This document shows, piece after piece, positions 1-8,663 of a stretch of 64,000 nucleotides of DNA; within the stretch, counting starts at the first letter, position 1, and each line of letters opens with the position of its first letter. A program made the translations under genes and the position numbers. The notes below the pieces were generated by a model. The model was not told the DNA's origin. It did not search any database and was given only the letters and a program-made list of their open reading frames with translations. The stretch is from Planctomycetota bacterium. Lineage in GTDB: Bacteria; Planctomycetota; B15-G4. The DNA is taken from positions 384,001 through 448,000 of the forward strand of contig CBDFJQ010000002.1 of NCBI GenBank assembly GCA_965248575.1, read 5' to 3'.

Positions 1-166
1 TGTCCAGGCGATGAACCGGTGCCACGGCCAAGCCGTCGCGTCGCAGGTCGTCCAGGAGGCAGCGTTCGTTGCTTCCCGGACGACCCACTGTCAACACGCC
101 AGCCGCCTTGGCCACCACCAGCAGGTGGTCGTCCCGATGCAGGATGCGGTAGGTCTCGGAGGGCAT
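1..166 (-). CDS. RluA-family pseudouridine synthase, N-terminal part (runs off the left edge)
   Basis: Manual translation from ATG at 166: MPSETYRILHRDDHLLVVAKAAGVLT...APVHRLD. Contains the 'vvxKpaG' motif I and the catalytic HRLD motif. Not in the ORF track because there is no stop in the window. Confidence 0.85.
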   Translation of the reverse strand, partial: MPSETYRILHRDDHLLVVAKAAGVLTVGRPGSNERCLLDDLRRDGLAVAPVHRLD

Positions 167-232
167 GGGCGAAGAGTCTAGCGCTTGGGACGAAGGGCCC
201 AGCAGTCCTCCTTCACCCCATCAACCACCCCA

Positions 233-2809
233 TCAGCCGGCGGGCGTTTCGGCCGAGGACGCGGAGTCGATCTCTACCGGTTTCTCGACCCTGCTCACGA
301 GGCCATCAGCGCCCATCTCCAGGTGCACATGGTCGCCCGCCTCGAAGACCCCTGCCAGCAGGTCGCGGGCGAGCAGGTCGGAGACATGCTTTTGGATCGC
401 TCTCTTGAGTGGTCGGGCTCCGAAGGCCGGGTCGTAGCCCTCTTCCGCCAGGAACGTCACGGTGTCCTCGCTAAAGCTGACGTCGATCCCGTTCAAGGCA
501 ATCTGCGCCTTCAGAAGCTCGAGCTGGATGCGGACGATGGAAGCCAGGGCTTCCTGAGGCAGCGGATCGAACTCCAGGATGTCGTCGAGGCGGTTGATGA
601 ACTCAGGACGGAAGAAGCTGTGCACGGCCTGCATGCCATCCAGGTTGGACGTCATGAGCACGAGCGCTTGCGTGAAGTCCACGGTGCGGCCCTTGCCGTC
701 CGTCAGTCGACCGTCATCCAGGATCTGGAGCAGTGCCCCGAAAACGTCGGGGTGGGCCTTCTCGACTTCGTCCAGGAGCAACACGCAATGGGGGCGCCGG
801 CGAACCGCTTCGGTCAGAGCGCCGCCCTCGTCGTGCCCGACGTAGCCGGGGGGGGCACCGATCAATCGAGCAACGGAGTGCTTCTCCATGTACTCGCTCA
901 TGTCCAGGCGAATCATGGCGCGCTCGTCGTCGAAGAGGAACTCGGCCACGCTGCGGGCGAGCTCGGTCTTGCCGACACCCGTCGGACCCAAACACAGGAA
1001 GCTCCCCACGGGGCGTGTCGGCGTTGACAGGCCAGCGCGGGACCGACGGACGGCATCGCACACCGCTCGAACGGCGGAGTCCTGCCCGACGAGCCTGGCG
1101 TGGACATGGCGCTCCATGTTCAGCAGGCGTTCCCGTTCCTCGCTCAGCAAGCGGGTGACGGGGATCCCCGTCCAGCGGGCGACCACCTCCGCGATCTGCT
1201 CGGGGCCCACCTCTTGTGGAAGCAGCGCGCCATGTTCCTGGAGGTCTTCCAGTGCCGCCGCGCTGCTGCGCGCCTGCTCCTGGGCTTCCGGAATGAGGCT
1301 GTAGCGGATCTCGGCCACGCGGTCGTAGTCACCGCGCCGCTCTGCCAACTCGGATTCTGCCTGCAGTTCTGCGGTGCACTCCTTGGCTGCACGGGCCGTG
1401 GCGATCAGCTGCTTCTCGTGGCTCCAAGCCAGGCGTAGCTGTTCGGCCTGTTCCTGGATGGCAGCGATCTCATCGGAAATGTCGTCGAGTCTGCGGGTGT
1501 CTGGAACCTGCTCGGATTCGAGAGCCTTGGCTTCGATCTCGAGTTGGCGCAGCCGACGTTCGAAGTTGTCCAGCTCCGCAGGCATGGAATCGATGTTGAT
1601 GCGCAGGCCGCTGGCAGCTTCGTCCAGCAGGTCGATGGCCTTGTCTGGCAAGAAGCGGTCCTGGATGTACTTGTCAGCCAGGCGCGCGCTGGCGACGACG
1701 GCCTCGTCCTGGATGCGCACGCCGTGATGGACCTCGTAGGTCTCCTTCAGTCCGCGCAAGATCGCCAGCGTGTCCTCGATGCTGGGTTCGTTGACCTTGA
1801 CTGGTTGGAAACGGCGCTCGAGAGCAGCGTCCTTCTCGATGTGCTTGCGGTACTCGTCGAGGGTGGTGGCGCCCACACAACGGAGCTCACCCCGCGCAAG
1901 GGCGGGCTTGAGCATGTTGGCTGCGTCGACGGCACCCTCTGCAGCGCCAGCACCCACCAAGGTGTGGAGCTCGTCGATAAACAGAATCACCTGTCCGTTG
2001 CTGTCTTCCACCTCCTTGATCAGCCCCTTCAGGCGCTCTTCGAATTCGCCTCGATACTTGGCGCCGGCGAGGAGCGCTGCCAGGTCCAGGGCCAGCAGGC
2101 GTTTCTCTCGCAGTGACTCGGGGACGTCGCCCACGACGATGCGTCGAGCGAGCCCTTCGACGATGGCCGTCTTGCCCACGCCGGGCTCACCGATGAGCAC
2201 GGGGTTGTTCTTGGTGCGTCGGGAGAGGACCTGGATGACGCGGCGAATCTCATCGTGGCGACCGATGACGACATCGAGCTTGCCGTCTCGTGCCAGTTGC
2301 GTCAGGTCGCGCGTGAACTTGTCGAGCACCTCGTGACTGGATTCAGGGGATTCGCTCTCGACGGTTTGACCCGCGCGAACGGAATCGAGAGCCTCGTTGA
2401 TGGAGGCGGCGTTCACACCCCGGTGATCGAGGGCCGCCAACAAGGGGCCGTCGGCCTTGTTCAGGATGGCGAGCAGCAGCACATCCACGGAGATGAACTG
2501 ATCTCCGCGGGACTTGGCCAGCTGGCCTGCCTCGTCCAACACGGCCGCCAGATCTCGGCTCATGCCAGGCTGTTGGTCGTGCCCGCTGACCTTCGGAAGG
2601 GACATGAGCAGGCCTTCTACGTCGGCCTTCAGTGCGGCGCGGTCTGCGCCCACGGCCCGGAGCAGCGACGTGACGTAGCCATCATCGGGCTCCAGGAGGG
2701 CGGCCGTCAGGTGAGCCAGGCTCAGCTCCGGGTGGCCACGCTGGGCGGCGGTCTGGACGGCCAGGCTCAGGGCTTCGTGTGTGCGTTGAGTGAAGCGGTC
2801 GGGGCTCAT
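233..2809 (-). CDS. clpB: ATP-dependent disaggregase ClpB
   Basis: Clp N-domain, two Walker A motifs ([16 protein letters not shown]), coiled-coil middle domain, GAPPGYVG pore loop. Likely start MSPDRFT at 2809. Confidence 0.97.
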   Translation of the reverse strand: MSPDRFTQRTHEALSLAVQTAAQRGHPELSLAHLTAALLEPDDGYVTSLLRAVGADRAALKADVEGLLMSLPKVSGHDQQPGMSRDLAAVLDEAGQLAKSRGDQFISVDVLLLAILNKADGPLLAALDHRGVNAASINEALDSVRAGQTVESESPESSHEVLDKFTRDLTQLARDGKLDVVIGRHDEIRRVIQVLSRRTKNNPVLIGEPGVGKTAIVEGLARRIVVGDVPESLREKRLLALDLAALLAGAKYRGEFEERLKGLIKEVEDSNGQVILFIDELHTLVGAGAAEGAVDAANMLKPALARGELRCVGATTLDEYRKHIEKDAALERRFQPVKVNEPSIEDTLAILRGLKETYEVHHGVRIQDEAVVASARLADKYIQDRFLPDKAIDLLDEAASGLRINIDSMPAELDNFERRLRQLEIEAKALESEQVPDTRRLDDISDEIAAIQEQAEQLRLAWSHEKQLIATARAAKECTAELQAESELAERRGDYDRVAEIRYSLIPEAQEQARSSAAALEDLQEHGALLPQEVGPEQIAEVVARWTGIPVTRLLSEERERLLNMERHVHARLVGQDSAVRAVCDAVRRSRAGLSTPTRPVGSFLCLGPTGVGKTELARSVAEFLFDDERAMIRLDMSEYMEKHSVARLIGAPPGYVGHDEGGALTEAVRRRPHCVLLLDEVEKAHPDVFGALLQILDDGRLTDGKGRTVDFTQALVLMTSNLDGMQAVHSFFRPEFINRLDDILEFDPLPQEALASIVRIQLELLKAQIALNGIDVSFSEDTVTFLAEEGYDPAFGARPLKRAIQKHVSDLLARDLLAGVFEAGDHVHLEMGADGLVSRVEKPVEIDSASSAETPAG

Positions 2810-2847
2810 GGGAGGGTCTCCAAGCGGGTGAGGACGGGAGGTCCTTG

Positions 2848-2864
2848 TGCAATGCCCATGCCAA
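2848..2864 (-). promoter_or_regulatory. sigma54 (-24/-12) promoter of clpB
   Basis: Minus strand reads TTGGCATGGGCATTGCA: GG-N10-GC with TGGCA and TTGCA boxes, about 40 nt upstream of the clpB ATG. Confidence 0.75.
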
Positions 2865-2926
2865 TGGCGGTGGCGGGGAGGAGCCGCGTGTGGGCCGGTC
2901 TGGAGCTTCACAGGGTGGATGGCAGA

Positions 2927-2960
2927 CGCCAATATGGCGCATATGCGTGCCGATATGGCG
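2927..2960. promoter_or_regulatory. Tandem palindromic sites, candidate enhancer (UAS) for a sigma54 activator
   Basis: CGCCAATATGGCG (2927-2939) and TGCCGATATGGCG (2948-2960), 21 bp apart, 60-100 nt upstream of the -24 box. Confidence 0.5.
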
Positions 2961-3103
2961 TGTCGCTGCTGGAGCCCGTCACTGAGCGTCGGCTCCTCAT
3001 CAGTGCTCCAGTGGACGGCGCCGCGAGGCCGGCTTGAGCAGCGAACACCCGTCGCTAGACTCGCGCCTCAGTTTCCACACGGCCTTCCCATTGGATGCTC
3101 TAG

Positions 3104-3733
3104 ATGCTCAGCAAGCTCGCTCTCGAAGAGTTCTCACAGCGCACTGCAGCCAAGGAACCCACCCCCGGCGGGGGTTCCGTGGCGGCTTACATGGGCACTG
3201 TGGGTGCCGCTCTTGGGGCCATGGCCGCGCGCTTCACCCAAGGCCGGAAGGGGTTTGAGCCTCACGAAAGCCTGCTGGCGCAGGAGATTCATGAACTGGA
3301 CTCCCTGCGCGAGGAGCTGCTGGGACTGGTGGATGCAGACGCCGCCGCCTATTCCACCGTGACCGGGGCCTACAAGCTGCCCAAGGCGACTCCCGAGCAG
3401 AAGCAGGAGCGGCTGGCCGCCATCCAGGTCGCCCTCGACGTGGCTCTCCAGCCGCCCTTGCAGATCTGTCGAGCCGCCGTTCGAGGGCTGGAGGTGCTCT
3501 CGCGTCTGGCCGAGCACACGAACCCCAATCTCATCAGCGACGTCGCGGTGGGGGCATTTGCCCTGGCGGCGACGTATAGGAGCGCCTGGATCAACGTCTT
3601 GATCAACCTCTCGGGGCTCCGGGATGAGGCCCGCAAGCGGGAGCTGATGGAGGAGGGGGCCTCGTTGTCCGAGCGCTGCAGCCGGCTCGAGGAGCTCGTG
3701 GGCGCTGGAATCACCGGCAATCTGACGCCTTGA
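3104..3733 (+). CDS. Cyclodeaminase/methenyl-THF cyclohydrolase family protein (FTCD_C)
   Basis: PTPGGGSVAA motif, LVDADAAAY, NPNLISDV and NVLINL motifs. Confidence 0.9.
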   Translation: MLSKLALEEFSQRTAAKEPTPGGGSVAAYMGTVGAALGAMAARFTQGRKGFEPHESLLAQEIHELDSLREELLGLVDADAAAYSTVTGAYKLPKATPEQKQERLAAIQVALDVALQPPLQICRAAVRGLEVLSRLAEHTNPNLISDVAVGAFALAATYRSAWINVLINLSGLRDEARKRELMEEGASLSERCSRLEELVGAGITGNLTP

Positions 3734-3882
3734 TGGACCCCGTGGCACCGAAAACAGCCTCGAAAGGCTCCCTCTCGCCCCGGAAAAGACGCTAGGCTGA
3801 TCGGTCGGTTTCTTGCCCGGGGGGCGATCAGGTCACGGCCTGAACGCGATCCCCGGCACTTCATCCCGATCGGAGTCGAGAC

Positions 3883-4752
3883 ATGAAGAGTGTTCTCTCC
3901 CTTGGTGTGGCCGCCTTGGCGCTGGCCTTCCTGAGCGCTGACGCGCACGCCCAGTGATGCCCGTCCACCCCGGGGCCGAGTTCGGCCCCTGCTGCGACAC
4001 CTGGACCGGCCATGCGCGCTCAAGGCGCTGGTGCTGGCATTGCACCGGTCGTTCGAGGAGACACCGTTCGTGAGTTGCTGAAGCTCGACTGGAACTTCCC
4101 GGTCTACACCAACAACAAGAACGCCGAGGCCATGGCTCAGGGCGGCACCTTTGCCGCGGAGCGCCTGCAGGCGTTGCCCCGGGATGAGGCGTTCCGCTAC
4201 ATCGCGGGCGACGACATCCGCCCGTTGCTCGTCATGCGCGAGTGTGGGTTCTGCAAGGGCAGCGATGACGCCCTCCTGAGCACGCGCTTCGACAACGACA
4301 AGACGGTGCTACTGTCTCAGTGGTTCCACGTCGTCAAGTTGCCGAACCATGTGCTGGAGCAGGACCACCCCTTCCGCAACCTGTTCGAAGAGAAGGCTCC
4401 GGCTCACCTGTTCATCGCCACGCGTGATGGCAGCACGGTCAAGCCGTTGTCTGGGCAGCAGTCCCAGACGCAACTCTGGAACGCCATGGTCGATGTGCTC
4501 GGCGGTGTGTATGCCGACGATCCGGAAGACCGCATCCAGGGCATGTACAAGATCCTGGATCGTCTGGATGAGATGGACCAGACCGACGGACGCTTGCACG
4601 GCAAGTTCAGTGATGAGCTTGAGAAGCGCGGGCCGAAGTCCTCCAAGCTCAAGAAGATCCGCAAGAACATCGACGCGCTGAAGATGGATCGCGCGGAGTT
4701 GCTCGCCGAGCTGGGTGAGCTCAAGGATCTGGAGGAGATGGGGGAGGACTGA
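3883..4752 (+). CDS. Secreted thioredoxin-like (CGFC) protein with in-frame TGA at codon 25; candidate selenoprotein
   Basis: GGAG RBS then ATG 3883: MKSVLSLGVAALALAFLSADAHAQ-TGA(3955)-CPSTPGP..., in frame with ORF 4012..4752. CxxC at 4243-4254, C-terminal coiled coil. Confidence 0.7.
3972..3989 (+). promoter_or_regulatory. Candidate bacterial SECIS hairpin
   Basis: GGGGCCG-AGTT-CGGCCCC, a perfect 7-bp stem starting 14 nt after the TGA. Loop G at +23. No U-tract follows. Confidence 0.55.
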
Positions 4753-4795
4753 GCGTCCGCTCTCTGTTGCAATTCTTGAAGCAGGAGAACGGATC

Positions 4796-6040
4796 GTGAG
4801 CCAGCGCCTCACTTTCTGGTTGCTCGCGTCCGTTCTCCTGCTCGAATCCAGCCTGCTCAGCCAGGATGGCGATCTGCTGCCGCCCGATGCGGAAAAGGGC
4901 TGGCGCATCGACCCCTACACCAAGGGCGAGCCAGAGGCGCTGGCAAAGGCTGGCTACGTGGCCATGAACCGCCTGGAGTGGGGGGATGACCACTCCACCA
5001 TTCAGGTGGACGAGACCCTGGGCGCCGTGCAGATGCTCTGGGTCGAGACGGAGCACTTCCGGATCGGCTCGTCTCTCCCCGAGTACAAGATTCCGAAGGA
5101 GGACAAGCCCAAGCTCCAGGCCGAGCTGAAGGTCTTGAAGAAGATCCTCCCGAAGGTGAAGGACAAGACCCGGGAGCTGGACCGCTGGATGCGCCTGCAC
5201 CTCTATGCCCGACGCCTCGAGCAGTTGTACGAGCGCGTCCAGGAGGTGCTCGGCGTGACGGACGCTGACTTCCCCTCGAGCCAGGAGGAAGCCACGGCGG
5301 CGCAGAAGTTCATGGGCAACGGCAAGTACCTCGGGCGCCGGGACAAATACTGCGTGCTGCTGTTCGAGAAGAAGAGCGGCCTGGGTCGTTACGGCCAGCG
5401 CTATGGCGCCGGCCGGGGGGGCTCAGGCGAGAGCCCGCTGCGCCTCGGATTCCACGGCCGGGGAAGCCTGGCCTTCGCGACGACCGCGGAGTATTTCATC
5501 GGTCACTTCGAGAACGATGTCTCGCTTCACAACCACGTGGTGTTCAACATCACGAGCCAGTTGCTGGATGGTTATCGCGATTACTACCACGCCTACCCAC
5601 GCTGGATTGCTGATGGCATGGGACAGGTGCTGATGCGCGAGATCGATGAGGACTATCCCACCTTCTCGAGCATGAAGGAGCCTGTCTCGCAGGTCATGGA
5701 GGAGGAGAGCTGGGGGCGCAAGGTTCGAGCGCGAGTCAAGGTCGACTACTACCCCTCAGCCCAGGAACTCATGCGCTGGCCGCGCGGCGAGAAGCTGGAG
5801 TTTGCGAACCACACCATGATGTGGTCGCGGGTGGACTTCCTGCTGCAAGAACACCCGCAGGCATTCCAACGCTTCCTGAGCGCCGTCAAGGAGCCCATCG
5901 TGGTGCCGGGCAGGGCGCCGACCGATGACGAGATCTTCGCCCAGCAAGAGGCCGCCATGAAGTCTGAGCTGGGCTTCGACGGCGACGGCTTCGATGAGGC
6001 CTGGTCGCGTTGGGTCCTCAAGAACTATCCCAAGCGCTGA
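4796..6040 (+). CDS. Secreted hypothetical protein (weakly gluzincin/DUF1570-like, no intact HExxH)
   Basis: AGGAG RBS, GTG start, signal peptide, 'WVETEHFRI' and 'PRWIADGMG' motifs, strong GC3 codon bias. Confidence 0.7.
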   Translation: MSQRLTFWLLASVLLLESSLLSQDGDLLPPDAEKGWRIDPYTKGEPEALAKAGYVAMNRLEWGDDHSTIQVDETLGAVQMLWVETEHFRIGSSLPEYKIPKEDKPKLQAELKVLKKILPKVKDKTRELDRWMRLHLYARRLEQLYERVQEVLGVTDADFPSSQEEATAAQKFMGNGKYLGRRDKYCVLLFEKKSGLGRYGQRYGAGRGGSGESPLRLGFHGRGSLAFATTAEYFIGHFENDVSLHNHVVFNITSQLLDGYRDYYHAYPRWIADGMGQVLMREIDEDYPTFSSMKEPVSQVMEEESWGRKVRARVKVDYYPSAQELMRWPRGEKLEFANHTMMWSRVDFLLQEHPQAFQRFLSAVKEPIVVPGRAPTDDEIFAQQEAAMKSELGFDGDGFDEAWSRWVLKNYPKR

Positions 6041-6068
6041 CGCCTGGTCGGCGCTGAGATGTCGGCTC

Positions 6069-7757
6069 TCAGAGCCCGAGCAGGCTCGCGACGACTTTCA
6101 GCTTGATGCCGCGCTTGCGCGTCACGACGCCGTCGCTGATCAGGATCACGACCTTATGCTTGCCGATGTCCTTGAGGGACGGGGTCCAGCTGAAGGTGTT
6201 CGTGTTGGTGTCGAAGGTGGCGCCTTCGGTGAAGGGCGCTTTGTCCATGTTGACGCTCATGCTCAGCACGTCGCCGTCGAGGTCGGTCGCCACGATGGGG
6301 AGGTTGAAGGGCACGTTGATGAGGGCCTGGGCCTTCTTCACCTTGGCGGCGACGGGCTTGCGGTTCTTGACCGTGTTCGCATCCATGGGCTTCACGGCCA
6401 CGGTGTTCTTGCTGATCACGGGCTTGGTGACCCCGTCGTCGACCGACACCTTGAAGGTGTACTTGCCCTTCGGTCCGGGGTTCGGCCAGTCCAGGGTGTT
6501 CGTGGAGTCATTCCAGGTGGCGCCGGCCGGGATCGTGTCCATGTCCGGAGTGAACGTGAGGTCTTCCTCGGTCTTCTCCACGTCGGATGCCAGGACCGGG
6601 ATCGAAATGGCCTGGCCTTCCAGGGCGACCGCCTTCGTGCTCGTGACGACCGGTCGTGTGTTCTTGAACTGCGTGAGATCGGGTGGAGAGTCGGAGGAGG
6701 CCAGCGACCGGTACGCCTTGCCGGCCAGCTTGACCACCACGTCCTCGTCGATGCCCACGAACAGGCTTCCGTCGGAGCGCAGGGTCGTGAAATCTTCGCC
6801 GCCGAGGATGTCCACGTAGAGTTGGACGGACGAACTGAGCGGGCCGCCGGGCAGGTTGACGACCGGTTCCACATAGGAGCCCTCCTCGAAGATCTCGCCG
6901 CGGCCGTTGAGGGTGCGAAAGGTGCCGTCGTCGAGGAAGGCGATGGCGCTGTAGAGCTCGGCAAACACTGCCGCCTGGGATTGTGTGTTCAGCTGCGTGT
7001 TGAAGGGCAGGGCTGCTACGAGCACGCCGCTGGGCGGGTCGCCCTCTGCGTCGGGGTCGCCGCGTGCGACTTTTCCGTCGTTGCGAATGGAGTAGATCTC
7101 GTTGTCGATCGGATCCAAGGCGATACGACGCCAGACGGTGTCCACGTCCTCGCCCTCAGCTGCGCCGGAGATCACACCCGGGCCGCCGTCCCACTGGAGC
7201 ACGGGCGTGAGATCCAGATTCTTGTAGACCGAGCCATCGGACCGAAGCGAGAACACATCCGTCCCCCGAGCGACGAGGCCTTGGAAGAAGAACTCACCAA
7301 GGGGGAGCATGACGACAAGCGTGCCGTCGCGCGCCAAGGCACCGTCGTTGCGCAGGGCCCACAGCTCCCCATCGGCCATGGTGAAGTCCACCCAAGAGCC
7401 CTCGAAGACTGACGAGAAGTCCAGGTTGTCGAAGACCGCTCCGTTCTTCTGGATGCGACCGTCCAAGCGCAAGGCAAAGCGGTCCGAGCCGTCGATGAGC
7501 AGCTTCCACCAGACTTCCCCGAAGGTGTCCGGGTCGCTAGTAACCTTGCCCGGGAGCTTGTCCAACACGGTCGCGTTGGCGGTGAGGGTCCCCTTCTCGT
7601 TCAGGGCGTAGAGGAAGTCATCCTGCGCAATGGCCGGAATGGCCAGGGCCATGGACAGGCCCATGAACAGCGCAGCTGTCAGGGCTCTATGGGCCCATCG
7701 TGTGGCCTGTCGTTTGGCCGCGGGGCGGCGGCAGGGCAGGGGCAGGGGCATGGACAT
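6069..7757 (-). CDS. Secreted 7-repeat beta-propeller protein with two C-terminal Ig/cadherin-like domains (paralog A)
   Basis: Signal peptide ending AIA-Q, seven 'y/waLRxDGxi' repeats, two NxxP...DxDGD...GAT...SDG Ig-like modules. Confidence 0.75.
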   Translation of the reverse strand: MSMPLPLPCRRPAAKRQATRWAHRALTAALFMGLSMALAIPAIAQDDFLYALNEKGTLTANATVLDKLPGKVTSDPDTFGEVWWKLLIDGSDRFALRLDGRIQKNGAVFDNLDFSSVFEGSWVDFTMADGELWALRNDGALARDGTLVVMLPLGEFFFQGLVARGTDVFSLRSDGSVYKNLDLTPVLQWDGGPGVISGAAEGEDVDTVWRRIALDPIDNEIYSIRNDGKVARGDPDAEGDPPSGVLVAALPFNTQLNTQSQAAVFAELYSAIAFLDDGTFRTLNGRGEIFEEGSYVEPVVNLPGGPLSSSVQLYVDILGGEDFTTLRSDGSLFVGIDEDVVVKLAGKAYRSLASSDSPPDLTQFKNTRPVVTSTKAVALEGQAISIPVLASDVEKTEEDLTFTPDMDTIPAGATWNDSTNTLDWPNPGPKGKYTFKVSVDDGVTKPVISKNTVAVKPMDANTVKNRKPVAAKVKKAQALINVPFNLPIVATDLDGDVLSMSVNMDKAPFTEGATFDTNTNTFSWTPSLKDIGKHKVVILISDGVVTRKRGIKLKVVASLLGL

Positions 7758-7885
7758 GGTGGTTTCCTGGGACGGTGTGGCGGGCGCTGCGGGCTCATGG
7801 GTTGCCCAGCCGGGCTGGCGCGGTCCAGCCTAAGACAGTGCCTTGGGCAAAGTGTAGTTTTGGCCCGCAGTTGCTGCGATTTCCT

Positions 7886-7916
7886 GGGAACCGGCGCCTG
7901 GGCTGCGACGTCTCCC
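7886..7916 (+). promoter_or_regulatory. ECF sigma promoter (autoregulatory)
   Basis: GGGAACC-N16-CGTCTCCC about 70 nt upstream of the ECF gene. The same motif occurs at 10080-10110. Confidence 0.7.
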
Positions 7917-7985
7917 ACGAGAAGGCCGGTGGACGAGCCAGCGCCCTTTCTCGATTCTCGAGTTCGATGAGTTCCTGAGAAGCCT

Positions 7986-8663
7986 GTGCAGAGCGGTAAC
8001 GACGAGTCCGACGAGGGCCTGGTGGGCAGGGCCGCCTCTGGCGAGCGTGCCGCCTTTGCGGAGCTGGTGGCTCGTTATGCCCCGGCTGTGCGGAATGTCC
8101 TGCGCAGCCGGGTCGGCGATGCCCATTGGGCGGAGGATCTGTCGCAGGAGGTGTGGATCAAGGTGCATGGCGCTCTCGCGAGCTTCGCGGGGCGTGGCGC
8201 CTTTCGCCCCTGGCTCTTCGCGATCGCCCTCAACCACGCCCGGGATGCCCTGCGCTCCAAACTGAGGCGCCGACCCCGGTTCGTTCAGGAGCTGGAGCTC
8301 GGGGAGGGGGCCGGGGGGGGCATCGGGGGGGGCACCGGAGATCTCGAGGATTCCGAGCCGGCTCCGGACGGGCACATGGATCGCCGCGAACAGGCCCAGT
8401 TGGTCGCGGCGGCTCTCAAGGACATCCAGGAACCCTTCCGGACGGCTCTTTCGCTGGTGGAGCTGGGAGGGCTCAGCTACGCCGAGGCTGCTGCTACTTC
8501 GGAGTGCAGCCTCGGAACCGTGAAATCGCGCGTGCACCGGGCTCGGCGACTGTTCCGCGACGCCTTCCTGCGTCGGGAGGCTGCGACGCGCCCGCCTGTT
8601 CTGCGAACCGCTGTCCTGACTTCGAGCGACTCCAACCCAAGCAAGAGAGTGAGGCTGCCATGA
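7986..8663 (+). CDS. ECF RNA polymerase sigma factor
   Basis: AFAELV...AEDLSQEVW...FRPWLFAIALN region 2; LSYAEAA...GTVKSRVHRAR region 4. Confidence 0.92.
   Translation: MQSGNDESDEGLVGRAASGERAAFAELVARYAPAVRNVLRSRVGDAHWAEDLSQEVWIKVHGALASFAGRGAFRPWLFAIALNHARDALRSKLRRRPRFVQELELGEGAGGGIGGGTGDLEDSEPAPDGHMDRREQAQLVAAALKDIQEPFRTALSLVELGGLSYAEAAATSECSLGTVKSRVHRARRLFRDAFLRREAATRPPVLRTAVLTSSDSNPSKRVRLP

Noticed and set aside
3801..3818. GG-N10-GC upstream of the candidate selenoprotein
   Set aside because: Spacing is right, but the -24 box (CGGTC) is a poor match. Too weak to call in high-GC DNA.
7860..7875. sigma54-like TTGGCCCGCAGTTGCT
   Set aside because: Only 9 nt separate GG and GC (10 are required), and a better ECF promoter lies just downstream.
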